64,000 nt of DNA from Candidatus Acidiferrum sp. (GCA_041482215.1 JBGPDI010000006.1:1591-65590); one strand, 5' to 3'. Positions 49,621 through 59,742 are shown, numbered from the stretch's first letter. The notes: generated by a model not told the origin, from the sequence alone. Program-made: numbers and translations.

Positions 49621-50373
49621 TTAGTTCGCCTTTACGAGATGGCCGCGGCGATTCTGCGACCAGCAGGCTTCATTGCTCTCCATGCAGAAGGGCTTCTCTT
49701 TGCCGAAGCTTACGGTGTTCAGGCGGTCGGCGGAGACGCCAGAAGAAACAAGGAATTGCTTGACGGCGCTGGCGCGGCGATCGCCCAAGCCGAGGTTGTA
49801 TTCCGTGGAGCCGCGCTCATCGCAGTGGCCTTCGATGGTCACTTTGATCGTCGGATAGCTCTTGAGGAAGTCCGCACTCTTCGAGAGGGCGGCACGGGCA
49901 TCGGCACGGAGATCAGCCTTATCGTAGTCGAAATAGGCATCGCGAACTTCTTTCAGGAAGAGTTCGTCTAGCGAAGGTTGCGCTGGCGGCGGAGTCGGTG
50001 GCGGAGGCGCATTCACAGCGACGGTTGCCGTGGCGCTTGAAGAGCCGCCTGGGCCGGTAGCGGTTACTGTATAAGTTGTCGTGTCAGAGGGCGAGACTTT
50101 GGTCGAGCCTTGGGCAGTTACGGCACCAACACCGGGAGCGATAGAGAGTTGTGTCGCATCGGTGGAGTTCCAGCTCAACGTGGATGAGTCACCTTTATTG
50201 ATGGAACCTGGGCTGGCCTGCAGCGTTACCGTGGGCGTTGCGGCCGCTGGTGGCGGTGGCGGAGGCGGCGGCGGTGACGCAACTTTTTTCTTGCCACAAC
50301 CAAACGTGAAGACAGCGACGGCCAGGGTCAGTAGCAAGCCGGCGCGGTAGAGCTTGCGTGAAGCCAGGTTCAT
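49621..50373 (-). CDS. pal: Peptidoglycan-associated lipoprotein Pal (OmpA family) with an inserted Ig-like module
   Basis: ORF 49621..50421. ATG at 50373 follows GAGGAGG. Lipobox LAVAVFTFGC, a poly-Pro linker, then an Ig-like segment of about 75 aa (LSWNSTDATQLSIAPGVG...TTTYTVTATGPGG). C-terminal OmpA_C domain (EGHCDERGSTEYNLGLGDRRA). Confidence 0.88.
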   Translation of the reverse strand: MNLASRKLYRAGLLLTLAVAVFTFGCGKKKVASPPPPPPPPPAAATPTVTLQASPGSINKGDSSTLSWNSTDATQLSIAPGVGAVTAQGSTKVSPSDTTTYTVTATGPGGSSSATATVAVNAPPPPTPPPAQPSLDELFLKEVRDAYFDYDKADLRADARAALSKSADFLKSYPTIKVTIEGHCDERGSTEYNLGLGDRRASAVKQFLVSSGVSADRLNTVSFGKEKPFCMESNEACWSQNRRGHLVKAN

Positions 50374-50505
50374 GCGAATCCTCCTCAGTGAAGTTCCCGT
50401 GTACGTCCCACAAGTGGGCATATCGTATCACCAGTGGGCCAGGTCCGGGTAATATCTCGTATCACGATATATTATACATTGGACAAAAACAGCTACAGCC
50501 AAAAA

Positions 50506-51846
50506 TCAACGCGGTGACCAATTGGGCGACTCATTGTGGCCGCCGTTCGTCAACTGGTGCGGCTGCGAGCCGTCGGCCAGCATAGTCCAAATCTGACGAG
50601 TGCCACCACGGGTTGACTCGAAAACGAGATGGCGGCCGTCGGGAGCCCAACTGGGTCGCTCGTTGCGGCCCTGATCGCGTGTCAACTCTACAAGCTGCTG
50701 GGTGGCGGCGTCCATAACGTAGATGTCGTAGTTGTCATTGGGACGGCGCCAGCTAAAGGCCAGCAATTGGCCATTGGGCGCCCAGGCGGGATCGATGACG
50801 TAGCCTTTGTCGGGCAAATCCAGCTTGGACGTGCTGGTACCATCAGAATTCATCAAGTAGAGCTGCGGAGTCCCGCCGCGATCGCTGACAAAAGCCACCG
50901 TTTGCCCTGTTTTCGGATTCCAGCTGGGAGACATGCTCGCGCCGTTGGCATTGGTCAAGCGCTTGGGGCGGCCGCCGCTGACGTCAGCGACGTACAATTC
51001 TGGATTGCCCTGCATCGAGGATGAAAAAATAATCTGTGAGCCGTCGGGCGACCAAGCCGGAGTGATATTGGTGCCGCGGAAGCGGGCGAACGACACAAGT
51101 TTGCCGGTGTCCAAAGAAAACATGCAGATCTGCGCGCTGGTGAGGCCTGCGGGTGGCGCGAAGCAGGTGAAAGCGATACGCGACGCATCGGGTGCCCAGC
51201 GCGGCGTTAGCGAGATTGATTTCAGGAAAGTGAGCTGGTGCTGGTTGGAACCGTCGTAATCCATCACCCAGATTTCCTTGGATCCGCTGCGCGAACTGAC
51301 GAAAGTGATTTGTGTTCCGGCGACTCCGGGCAGGCCGCCGGAGAGCTTGCCGATGATTTCGTCGGCGAATTGATGAGCGAATTTGCGGACCTGCAAGTCT
51401 GTAGGAGCGCCGCGATAAACTTTTCCGACGACGGCTTGAGAAGCCGGGTTGCGGACGTCGTAGAGCCAGGCCTCGATGGCGACCTCAGAGGCGGTCTCGG
51501 TGAGATTTCCGAAACCGAGAAAATTGGCGTTTGTAGGAGGATCGATCCAGATCGCAGGCTTTAATTCTGCGGGAACACTGGGAGCTTGAGGAGGATAAAA
51601 GCTTGGGCTAGGAACTTCGAGAATGCCGGAGAACTGGAGATCGTCGCGCACTACTTGTGTGAAGAGGGAAGCGTGGGACTTGGCCGCGTCGGAACGCGGC
51701 ACGAAGTCGGCGATGGCAACGCGGGGCTTGTTCGCATCCATGCCAATCGCTGTTCGAAACCAATCCTGTGCAGCGGCAGGCTTTGCGCTGACGGCAACCA
51801 GCACCAAGACCAAGATTGAACTCAAGCACCTGAACTTTTTTTGCAC
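50506..51846 (-). CDS. tolB: Tol-Pal system beta-propeller protein TolB
   Basis: ORF 50506..51861. GTG at 51846 has GGAGG 5 nt upstream; the alternative ATG at 51861 has no SD. Signal peptide, TolB N-terminal domain and repeated PD40/WD-like blades (P.WSPDG). Confidence 0.9.
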   Translation of the reverse strand: MQKKFRCLSSILVLVLVAVSAKPAAAQDWFRTAIGMDANKPRVAIADFVPRSDAAKSHASLFTQVVRDDLQFSGILEVPSPSFYPPQAPSVPAELKPAIWIDPPTNANFLGFGNLTETASEVAIEAWLYDVRNPASQAVVGKVYRGAPTDLQVRKFAHQFADEIIGKLSGGLPGVAGTQITFVSSRSGSKEIWVMDYDGSNQHQLTFLKSISLTPRWAPDASRIAFTCFAPPAGLTSAQICMFSLDTGKLVSFARFRGTNITPAWSPDGSQIIFSSSMQGNPELYVADVSGGRPKRLTNANGASMSPSWNPKTGQTVAFVSDRGGTPQLYLMNSDGTSTSKLDLPDKGYVIDPAWAPNGQLLAFSWRRPNDNYDIYVMDAATQQLVELTRDQGRNERPSWAPDGRHLVFESTRGGTRQIWTMLADGSQPHQLTNGGHNESPNWSPR

Positions 51847-51894
51847 CCTTACCTCCGACATCGCGGAAAATTCAAAAAACTGGAATTCTCGTCT

Positions 51895-52725
51895 CTATCT
51901 TATGGACGGTGGATTGAAATCCAACGTTGCGACTACGTATGCGCCAGAATAGTCGCCGGGCAACTTGGTGACGGGTGTCGAGCTCAACACCGCGCGCAAC
52001 GCCGAAGTGTCGTAGGAAGCATTCCCGCTGGATTCATTTATGTGCGCGTCCTTGAGAGAGCCGTCACGATTGATGGTGAAAGTGACAGCGCAATGCATGG
52101 TGCGCGAGCCGCGCGCAGCGGCATCAATGGTCCATTGTTGCCAGTTGCCATAAATTCTGTTTTTCACCGCGTCGATGTACCAACCATAGCGGGAGGCGAA
52201 ATCGGCTCCGCCCTGACCCTGGACAGTGACACCGCTGGAGCCTTCACCGGGGGTCTGAGAATAGCCGGTGGGAAGGTCGGGGTTTCCGCCTTTTCCGTAA
52301 GGAACGGCATTATCTGGAGTAGGCGTCTTGTTTTCGAGGGTGCGCGACTCGCGCGATGGGGGCAGGCGCTTTTCTTTAGTGAATTGTGGAATTTTCGTGG
52401 CGTCCGTTTTTGGTTCGGGCGGTTTTGGAGGTTCCTCTTTGTGAAGGCCCTTGGTTGGATCGACCGCTTTGCTCTCGGTGACAACGGCTTCCTTGGGCAT
52501 GGGAATGCCAGCGGCGCTGACCAGACTCACTTTTGTGCCGCTGCCAAGATTGCCGCCGACGCCGCCCCAAGCGCTTCCACGGTATTGCATGTAGGCGGAG
52601 ACGATGATGAAAAGCGCCAAGCTGGCGTGCATGATGATCGAATAGATGAGGAACTGGCGAAGGCTCTGGTCCTCTGCGTGAGTGACGCCGAATGGGCCCA
52701 TCGAATTGGCGGCGGCATTGTTCAT
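51895..52725 (-). CDS. tolA: TolA/TonB-family energy transducer
   Basis: 276 aa. N-terminal TM anchor, Pro/Lys/Glu-rich linker KEEPPKPPEPK, TonB_C-like C-terminus. Positioned between tolR and tolB. Confidence 0.75.
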   Translation of the reverse strand: MNNAAANSMGPFGVTHAEDQSLRQFLIYSIIMHASLALFIIVSAYMQYRGSAWGGVGGNLGSGTKVSLVSAAGIPMPKEAVVTESKAVDPTKGLHKEEPPKPPEPKTDATKIPQFTKEKRLPPSRESRTLENKTPTPDNAVPYGKGGNPDLPTGYSQTPGEGSSGVTVQGQGGADFASRYGWYIDAVKNRIYGNWQQWTIDAAARGSRTMHCAVTFTINRDGSLKDAHINESSGNASYDTSALRAVLSSTPVTKLPGDYSGAYVVATLDFNPPSIR

Positions 52726-52727
52726 CG

Positions 52728-53144
52728 CTATTGGGTGCGTGCTCGAGTCGTGATGGGTTCGGTGACGATGCTGATGTTGTTGATTCCGGATTGGCGAAGA
52801 GCATCGACGACGGCGGCGAAGCTGCCAAAGGGGACGGTCTCGTCGCAGCGGAGAAACACACCTTCTTGCGTATTTTTCAATTGCGAGCGGATTCTCGATC
52901 CGAGTTGATGGATATTGATGGGTTCGTTTCCGAGATAGATCCGCTGGGCTTTGTCCACGGTAACGACGAGGCGCTCCTGGTTGATTTCTTTGACAGTACG
53001 GGTCTTGGGAACGTCGACTTCAATGCCGGACTGCAGAATCGGCGCGGTAATCATGAAGATGATGAGCAGCACGAGAACCACGTCCACGAACGGGACCATG
53101 TTGATCTCGGAGAGCGAAGTCTGCGTCGATTTGGAAAGTTGCAT
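52728..53144 (-). CDS. tolR: ExbD/TolR family protein
   Basis: 138 aa. EINMVPFVDVVLVLLIIFMITAP signature. Confidence 0.88.
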   Translation of the reverse strand: MQLSKSTQTSLSEINMVPFVDVVLVLLIIFMITAPILQSGIEVDVPKTRTVKEINQERLVVTVDKAQRIYLGNEPINIHQLGSRIRSQLKNTQEGVFLRCDETVPFGSFAAVVDALRQSGINNISIVTEPITTRARTQ

Positions 53145-53191
53145 TTGTCGTGAACCTGTTGACGCGGCCTGCTTGGGAGGGCCGCGGAATT

Positions 53192-53953
53192 CTAATTAAA
53201 AGTTTTCTCGACCTGCGCTGAAACCTCCATTGCGAAAGTGTCCAGCCGCTGCGCGAGATCACGAATCTTCTGCAAAAAGTGGTTGTAGAAAATGACTGCC
53301 GGAATGGCGGCGAAGAGACCCGCGGCAGTGGTTACGAGAGCTTCCGCAATGCCGGGCGCAACGGCACGCAGGCTGGCGGCTCCGGCACTGCCGAGCCCGG
53401 AGAATGCGTCAATGATGCCCCAGACGGTTCCGAAGAGGCCGATAAACGGTGTTACGGAGCCGGTCGTGGCCAGCCAGGACATGCCCTTTTCAACGCGACG
53501 CACTTCGTCAGCAGAAGCGAGCTGCATGCTGACGGTGACGGCCTGCAAGCTTTTCAGCTTAGGTATATTGGGGTTGCCTGCGGCGGTGCCGACCTGGCTC
53601 TGCAGTTCGCGATAGCCCGCCGCATACACTGTAGAAAACGGGGAGCCAGCAGTTGCGAGGGCTTGCGGGTTTGCTACACCGCGTGTGGCCCGGAAAATCC
53701 GTAGGAACTGGTCGCTTTCACGACGGATACGCCCGAAGAGACCCATCTTTTGGAGAATCATGGCCCAGGAAATGATGGAGAACATCAGGAGAAGCAGCAG
53801 GACGCCGCGAGCGACCCATCCGGTTTGCGTGAGAATATTTCCTATATCGGTGGCAAGAATCGTAGTGAACAGGAAAATGTTGTACCCCTCAGTAAAAACT
53901 CGCTTTTTTCCGGGCAAAAGAAACGTAGCACACGCACTTCGACCGCGCAACAA
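53192..53953 (-). CDS. tolQ: MotA/TolQ/ExbB proton channel protein
   Basis: 253 aa. ATTGSVTPFIGLFGTVWGIIDAF and APGIAEALVTTAAGLFAAIPAV motifs. TTG start is uncertain (53953 or 53920). Confidence 0.88.
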   Translation of the reverse strand: MLRGRSACATFLLPGKKRVFTEGYNIFLFTTILATDIGNILTQTGWVARGVLLLLLMFSIISWAMILQKMGLFGRIRRESDQFLRIFRATRGVANPQALATAGSPFSTVYAAGYRELQSQVGTAAGNPNIPKLKSLQAVTVSMQLASADEVRRVEKGMSWLATTGSVTPFIGLFGTVWGIIDAFSGLGSAGAASLRAVAPGIAEALVTTAAGLFAAIPAVIFYNHFLQKIRDLAQRLDTFAMEVSAQVEKTFN

Positions 53954-54057
53954 GTAGGATGCGCGAGTTTCTAATTTTGCTGCTTACGTGGCAACGGCCA
54001 AGGGGAGTGCACGCGTCCCAAAGAAGGTAAAGCAGATGTGGTAAACTGCGATTTGGC

Positions 54058-55452
54058 ATGAGCAAACCGTTCGACATTGAATTGGAACGACTGACGGGGC
54101 AGACGCCTTATTCCGAAGTGGTCCGTAGTGTCGTCGCTGGACAGCGTGGGACATTTTTCCTGGAGACGTTTGGCTGCCAGATGAACGACCACGATTCGGA
54201 AAAGGTCGCTGGCCTGTTGCTGTCGCGGGGCTACCTGCAGGTGGAGACTCCGGAAGCCGCCTCGATGATCCTTTACAACACATGCAGCATTCGCGAGAAA
54301 GCGGCGCAGAAGGTTTTCTCGCGCCTTGGAGAATACCGAGAAAAGCAGAGTGAAGGTAAGGTAATCGGAGTGCTGGGCTGCGTGGCACAACAGGAAGGCG
54401 AAGATATTTTCAAGCGCGCGCCGTGGGTGAGCCTGGTCTGCGGTTCAGCGAGTTACAGTAAGTTACCCCAGATGATTGACCAGCTTGAGGCAGGGAACCA
54501 TCGCGTCACGGGGCTTACTACAGACACCGATGAGACGTTCGAAACGGAAGTAACGCGACGCGACAATCCCTGGCGGGCTTATTTAACGATTATCGAAGGT
54601 TGTGACAAGGCGTGCTCGTACTGCGTGGTGCCCTACACGCGGGGGCCGGAGCGCAGCCGCTCCAGCGATTCCATATTGAGTGAAGTTCGCCAGCTTGCAG
54701 AACTTGGCTATTCCGAAGTTCAACTTCTTGGGCAAACCGTGAATTCCTACTCCGATCCCACGGCACGAAAGTTGCGCTTTTCGGAGTTATTGCTGGCGGT
54801 GGCCGGTGTGCAGGGCATTCGTCGCGTACGGTTTACGACCTCGCACCCGAACGAGTTTACACGGGACATTGTGGAAGCGATCGAGTTGGAGCCGAAGGTA
54901 TGCGATCACGTTCACTTGCCGGTGCAATCCGGTTCGACAAGAGTGCTTCGAACGATGCAGCGAACTTATTCGCGCGAAGAGTATTTGGAGAGAGTAGCTT
55001 TGATACGTGCGGCAAGCAGGCCGATTGCCATTACAACGGACATTATCGTAGGTTTTCCGGGCGAGACGGAATCGGATTTCGAGGAAACGCTGAGCCTGCT
55101 CGAGGAAGTCCGCTACGACAGCATGTTTTCGTTTAAGTATTCTGCGCGGCCGAATACACCGTCGCTTGCGATGGAAGACAATATCCCCGAGGAAGAAAAG
55201 AGCCGGCGGCTTGCCGTTCTGCAGGAAAAGCAGCGCGAGATTCAGATAGCCACGAATGCGGATCTGGTTGGCCAGACTTTTGAAGTGCTGGTCAGTGGGA
55301 AATCACGCCGCGAAAATCAATGGAACGGGTACACCACTTCGCATCGAATGATAAATTTCGCTTCACAAGAACGAGAGCTTCTGGGAACCTACGTGCAGGT
55401 GCGCGTCACGGACGCAGGTCCCAATAATCTGGTGGGCACGGTGGGAGTCTAG
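54058..55452 (+). CDS. miaB: tRNA-2-methylthio-N6-dimethylallyladenosine synthase
   Basis: 464 aa. UPF0004 domain FGCQMN, radical SAM motif GCDKACSYCVVP, and a TRAM C-terminus. Confidence 0.92.
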   Translation: MSKPFDIELERLTGQTPYSEVVRSVVAGQRGTFFLETFGCQMNDHDSEKVAGLLLSRGYLQVETPEAASMILYNTCSIREKAAQKVFSRLGEYREKQSEGKVIGVLGCVAQQEGEDIFKRAPWVSLVCGSASYSKLPQMIDQLEAGNHRVTGLTTDTDETFETEVTRRDNPWRAYLTIIEGCDKACSYCVVPYTRGPERSRSSDSILSEVRQLAELGYSEVQLLGQTVNSYSDPTARKLRFSELLLAVAGVQGIRRVRFTTSHPNEFTRDIVEAIELEPKVCDHVHLPVQSGSTRVLRTMQRTYSREEYLERVALIRAASRPIAITTDIIVGFPGETESDFEETLSLLEEVRYDSMFSFKYSARPNTPSLAMEDNIPEEEKSRRLAVLQEKQREIQIATNADLVGQTFEVLVSGKSRRENQWNGYTTSHRMINFASQERELLGTYVQVRVTDAGPNNLVGTVGV

Positions 55453-55467
55453 CTCAGGGAGGCCTCA

Positions 55468-55953
55468 ATGGAAGTGGAGATGAAGATCCGCGGCCTGATG
55501 ATGGATCCCGTTACAAACATGCCCATCGTGGTTCTGAAAGATGTACAGGGGCAGGCGATCCTTCCTATCTGGGTGGGCGTTTACGAAGCGAACGCGATTG
55601 CCCTGGAAATCGAGAAAGTGCAAACTCCCCGCCCGATGACGCACGACCTGTTGAAAAATGTTCTGCTGGGCCTGGAAGTGCGCGTTCAGAAAATCGTGGT
55701 GAATGATCTGAAGGACGATACATTTTTCGCGATGATCTGGGTGGAACGAGGAGGCGAGATGATGACAATTGACTCGCGTCCTAGCGATGCACTGGCGCTG
55801 GCGTTGCGCATGGACTGCCCGATCTTCGTGGATGAAGAAGTACTGAAGAACTCCAAGGTTTCGAGCGCTTTCTCCGAGCGCAATACCAACGAGCAACTCC
55901 GCAACTACCTCGAGGGACTTTCCGACGAGGACCTTGGCCGCTACAAGATGTAG
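55468..55953 (+). CDS. Bifunctional nuclease (BFN/DUF151) family protein with a C-terminal UVR motif
   Basis: 161 aa. PIVVLKD...ILPIWVGVYEANAIALEIE...PRPMTHDLL is the BFN core. Confidence 0.8.
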   Translation: MEVEMKIRGLMMDPVTNMPIVVLKDVQGQAILPIWVGVYEANAIALEIEKVQTPRPMTHDLLKNVLLGLEVRVQKIVVNDLKDDTFFAMIWVERGGEMMTIDSRPSDALALALRMDCPIFVDEEVLKNSKVSSAFSERNTNEQLRNYLEGLSDEDLGRYKM

Positions 55954-55996
55954 GTGTCCGGCGCCCTCCGATTAATCAAACGTCTTGAAATAAGAG

Positions 55997-57367
55997 TCAA
56001 TCGGTTTCAACTACTGAAGCCAGCATCAACATTCGGACGGTGCGCCGCCAGGCGAATAGTAGGACAATACCAATCAAAATGAGGGCAAGGCTCAAACCAG
56101 CCCACAGGCCAAATGCGCCCCAGCCTCGGTGGAAACACAACCAAGCACCGAGCGGAAGACCAATAATCCAATAGGCGGTGAAATGGCAGAACATCGGTGT
56201 GCGGGTGTCTCCCGCACCGCGTAGGGCGCCGGTCGCTACCGTCTGGATTCCGTCGAACAATTGGAAAGCCGCACCTGCCGCGAGCAAGAGAATCGTACTT
56301 CTGATAACAGTCTCGTCCGGCGTATACATCCGAGCGATCCATCGCGGAAATAGAAGCAGGCCCGCGCTGGCACAGGTCATAAAAGCAGCACCGAGAAAAA
56401 TGGCGGTGCCGCCCGCTTCGCCCGCAGCCTTGGGATCTTTGCGCCCAATGGCTTGACCAACGCGGACGGCGGCCGCAGATGCGATGCCGAGTGGAACCAT
56501 GTAGGTGAAGGCCACTGTATTGAGAGCAATTTGGTGGCTGGCGAGCGGTACGGCGCCAAGCCGGGCGATGAGTGCGGTGACAAGTGCAAAGACTCCGCTC
56601 TCTAAAGTGAACTGAATCGCGGCCGGCAAACCAAGAGTGATGAGACGGCGGATGCGGGGGAGATCGATATCCACGGGAGTTCGCAGAAGCTCGGTGCGGT
56701 GCTTCCGGTCATACCAGAGGAGATAGCCAACCAGCACAGATGCCATATATAACCGCGCAATTGCCGTGGACCACCCGGAACCAACCGCGCCCATCGAATG
56801 CACTCCCCAATGGCCATAGACCAAAACCCAATTGCCGAGCGCGTTGATGACGTTGGCACTGACGAGGGCGAAGGCCACAGGCCTCACCATGTTCATCGCC
56901 TGGAGGCAGCGGCGCACCGCGAAATAGAGGAGAAGAGGCAGCAGGCCAACGGTGAGTGCCTTCGTGTATGGAATCGCGAGGTCCAGAACACCCCGATCAA
57001 CATGCATTCCCGCAAGAAGTGAAGGGAGAAGCCAAACAGGTGCGGCAAGAAATGGCGCGAGGGCAATGCTGAGATAAATGCTATTGAGCAGAGAACGATG
57101 GCAGTCCTCGCGGCGGCCTGCACCAAAAGCCTGCGAGACGAGAGTGTCCAGGCCCATCAGTAGACCGCCCCCGAACAAAGCCAACACAATAAAAATGTTG
57201 GAGCCCAAACTGACAGCGCCCATGGCGGTGGCGCTGTTGGGGAGCCGCCCAACCATCATGGTGTCAACGATGGCCATGGTCATCCAGCCCAACTCGGCAA
57301 GAACAAGAGGAATTGCGAGGCGCAAAGTGGGACGGAATTCAGAGCGAAGTGTCTGGAGTCCAATCAT
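55997..57367 (-). CDS. MATE family efflux transporter
   Basis: 456 aa. 12 predicted TM helices with typical MatE repeat composition. Confidence 0.85.
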   Translation of the reverse strand: MIGLQTLRSEFRPTLRLAIPLVLAELGWMTMAIVDTMMVGRLPNSATAMGAVSLGSNIFIVLALFGGGLLMGLDTLVSQAFGAGRREDCHRSLLNSIYLSIALAPFLAAPVWLLPSLLAGMHVDRGVLDLAIPYTKALTVGLLPLLLYFAVRRCLQAMNMVRPVAFALVSANVINALGNWVLVYGHWGVHSMGAVGSGWSTAIARLYMASVLVGYLLWYDRKHRTELLRTPVDIDLPRIRRLITLGLPAAIQFTLESGVFALVTALIARLGAVPLASHQIALNTVAFTYMVPLGIASAAAVRVGQAIGRKDPKAAGEAGGTAIFLGAAFMTCASAGLLLFPRWIARMYTPDETVIRSTILLLAAGAAFQLFDGIQTVATGALRGAGDTRTPMFCHFTAYWIIGLPLGAWLCFHRGWGAFGLWAGLSLALILIGIVLLFAWRRTVRMLMLASVVETD

Positions 57368-57461
57368 GGGCGAAAACAGAGTGGAACGAGTGTAAGCGGG
57401 GAAGAGAAAAGTGGCAAACGGCTTGGGTGGATACGCACTAAGGAAGGAAAAACTCAGTAGG

Positions 57462-58148
57462 CTATTCGGTGGTAATCATAGGCAGAAGAAATTCCTGCAA
57501 TATTTCACTGTCCGAAAGAGAAAGGTGATCCAGTTGAATTCCCATCTGGTCTCCGTTCAGGATGCGTGCGACCGAACCTCCCGCTACGATTGGAAGCATG
57601 CGTTCGGAGAACCGCCAGCTGATCCCTAAAGATGAGCCAACGGGAGCAGTCCGAGGCGCTCGGACCAGAAGGCCACTCATGCTGACGTCAATCGTTTCAC
57701 CTTCCAGTTCCTGGACTCCAAACTTGAGGCGCACTTTGGACTGAAGAGGTACTCGCCGGGTACGGCGCCGTTCGTGTGCCATGGAGCCTTGTGTGGCTCT
57801 CAGAAGTTTGAGGAGACGATCCTTGTCGATTGGCTTGTAGAGGAAAAAACTGGCGCCGGCGGCAAAACCGACCGAGAGCGCGCTGGGGCGCAGATCGTCG
57901 CTGATTAAAATGATTGGGGTAGTGCGATTGAACCTTGAGCCGCGCATCTGCCGGGCGAGCTCGATGCCATCAGGGGAGGGCATGTGGAGATCGAGAAGAA
58001 CTACGTCGAACTGTCCTTCATTGAGAATATCCGGGGCTTCCGTGCTTCTGGTAAGCGTCAACGCTTCCATGCCCGCCGAATGCAAGACCTTGCCAATCAA
58101 TTCGCAAACCATTGGTTCGTCGTCTACGACCAGGCCCCGTCTCTGCAT
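57462..58148 (-). CDS. Response-regulator receiver domain fused to a PilZ domain
   Basis: ORF 57462..58187 begins with TTG. ATG at 58148 has GGAGA 5 nt upstream. REC motifs: VVDDEP, DVVLLDLHMP, ILISD, KP. PilZ motifs: RRRTRRV and DVSMSG. Confidence 0.85.
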   Translation of the reverse strand: MQRRGLVVDDEPMVCELIGKVLHSAGMEALTLTRSTEAPDILNEGQFDVVLLDLHMPSPDGIELARQMRGSRFNRTTPIILISDDLRPSALSVGFAAGASFFLYKPIDKDRLLKLLRATQGSMAHERRRTRRVPLQSKVRLKFGVQELEGETIDVSMSGLLVRAPRTAPVGSSLGISWRFSERMLPIVAGGSVARILNGDQMGIQLDHLSLSDSEILQEFLLPMITTE

Positions 58149-58188
58149 TTCACTCTCCGGATTACGCTCATTCGACCTCCCGTCCAAA

Positions 58189-58542
58189 TCAGACTGAGAT
58201 TGCTGCGGCTGTTTCTGCGCACATCACTTCATAGCAATCGAATTGAACACCTACACCCAGCTTGCCATTGGGAGAATCGACCGGTTCGAGATGCACGACG
58301 TGACCAGTGCAACGCCACTCCGTCGTGGGATTGCCGGTGATCTCCGATGGCATGCTCAAAAGGATTTCGATTGCCGACCCAAGAGCGAGAGGTACGTCGG
58401 TACTGAAGAAGGTTCCTTTTTCCGACAAATTCTCCGATTCGGCCCGCTCTTCGCTCGAATAAGATTTCCAGACACGCAAGCGCAAGGCAGTTTTCAACAT
58501 ATGGCGGCGAGAGTTACGGCGGTCGGATTCATACACTTGCAT
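58189..58542 (-). CDS. Stand-alone PilZ domain protein
   Basis: ORF 58189..58638. ATG at 58542 has AAGGAGG 5 nt upstream. RRNSRRH and ENLSEKG match the RxxxR and (D/N)xSxxG c-di-GMP-binding motifs. Confidence 0.75.
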   Translation of the reverse strand: MQVYESDRRNSRRHMLKTALRLRVWKSYSSEERAESENLSEKGTFFSTDVPLALGSAIEILLSMPSEITGNPTTEWRCTGHVVHLEPVDSPNGKLGVGVQFDCYEVMCAETAAAISV

Positions 58543-58941
58543 CGGTGCCTCCTTGCACCAGGGGGAGAAGATGGCGCAGGTTGAGAATTGTGTGGAGTAA
58601 ACACAGTGAAACGAACGGAAGTTGGTGGGAAGGCTCAATTGGGTACCACGCTCGATAAATGTCAGGATCGAGGTTAAGGTCAGGAAACTGAAGAGGAACA
58701 GTTCGGCAGGGTTAACTTCTTAGCTTTCCTCGCTCATCATCCCGTTTTCCACTGCCAACTTGTGAACTGGCGCACTTTTTGCTTGCCATTGAATAGGCTG
58801 CGAACGTAGAGTTGTCCTAGGTCTTGGGGGTTTTCTGGAGGTTACACCCATATATAGCAACCCAGTTGCCGGAGCGCTTCGGCTCGATTGTTCGCATACC
58901 TGTCTCGTTTGCTCAGGGCGAGCGGGTGGAGGCAGAAACAG

Positions 58942-59742
58942 ATGACTGCCATCATCACAATCGCGAATCAAAAGGGCGGCGTTGGAAAGACTACCACGGC
59001 GATTAACTTAGCCGCAGCCCTTGCGTATCGCGGCAAGCGCACGCTGCTAATCGACCTTGATCCGCAAGCGAATTCCACGATCGCGTTTTATGCTACCGGT
59101 GAAATTTCTACAACGATGTTTGACGTGCTGAGCGACAGCCGCGTCGCGATAGCCTCTGTGATCAAGCCGACAAAGGATCCACTTTTGTTTCTTGGCCCCG
59201 GCCGGCTTGCTCTCGCAAAGCTGGAGCAGGTGCTAGCGGGACAATTTGATGCGCCGTTCAAACTGAAAGACGCACTTACGCCTGTTCTTAAAGACTACGA
59301 TTACGTCGTTCTCGATACTCCGCCGTCACTCGGAATCCTTACGGTGAATGCGCTCGTGGCTTCGACGCACTTGCTCGTTCCCATCCAGGCGGCGTACTTC
59401 GCGATCGAGGGGACGGACGATTTGCTCGAAACCTATGAACGCATCCGCGCGCGTCCCAACCCAGGGCTGAAAGTCCTAGGTGTCGTGATTACGCTGTTTG
59501 ATAAGCGCACGAACATTTCCAAGGATACGCACGGACAAATCAGGTCGGTGTTCGGAGAAGTGCTGTTCAAGACGAAGATTTCCAAGAACGTACGGCTCGA
59601 AGAGAGCCCGGCGTACAAAGAAACAATTTTGACCTACGCGCCGAAATCACCCGGTGCCGTTGAGTACAAGAAATTGGCAGGGGAGGTTATCCAACGTGTC
59701 GAAGAGACTAGGGTTACCCGTCACGCTGAAGATGCGGCATGA
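58942..59742 (+). CDS. parA: ParA/Soj family partition ATPase
   Basis: ORF 58888..59742. ATG at 58942 gives MTAIITIANQKGGVGKTTTAINLAAAL, a deviant Walker A motif. Confidence 0.9.
   Translation: MTAIITIANQKGGVGKTTTAINLAAALAYRGKRTLLIDLDPQANSTIAFYATGEISTTMFDVLSDSRVAIASVIKPTKDPLLFLGPGRLALAKLEQVLAGQFDAPFKLKDALTPVLKDYDYVVLDTPPSLGILTVNALVASTHLLVPIQAAYFAIEGTDDLLETYERIRARPNPGLKVLGVVITLFDKRTNISKDTHGQIRSVFGEVLFKTKISKNVRLEESPAYKETILTYAPKSPGAVEYKKLAGEVIQRVEETRVTRHAEDAA

Noticed and set aside
58720-58971. 83-aa minus-strand ORF in the PilZ/parA divergent intergenic region
   Set aside because: Pro/Arg/Ser-rich, no SD, and it overlaps the parA upstream region. Most likely non-coding.
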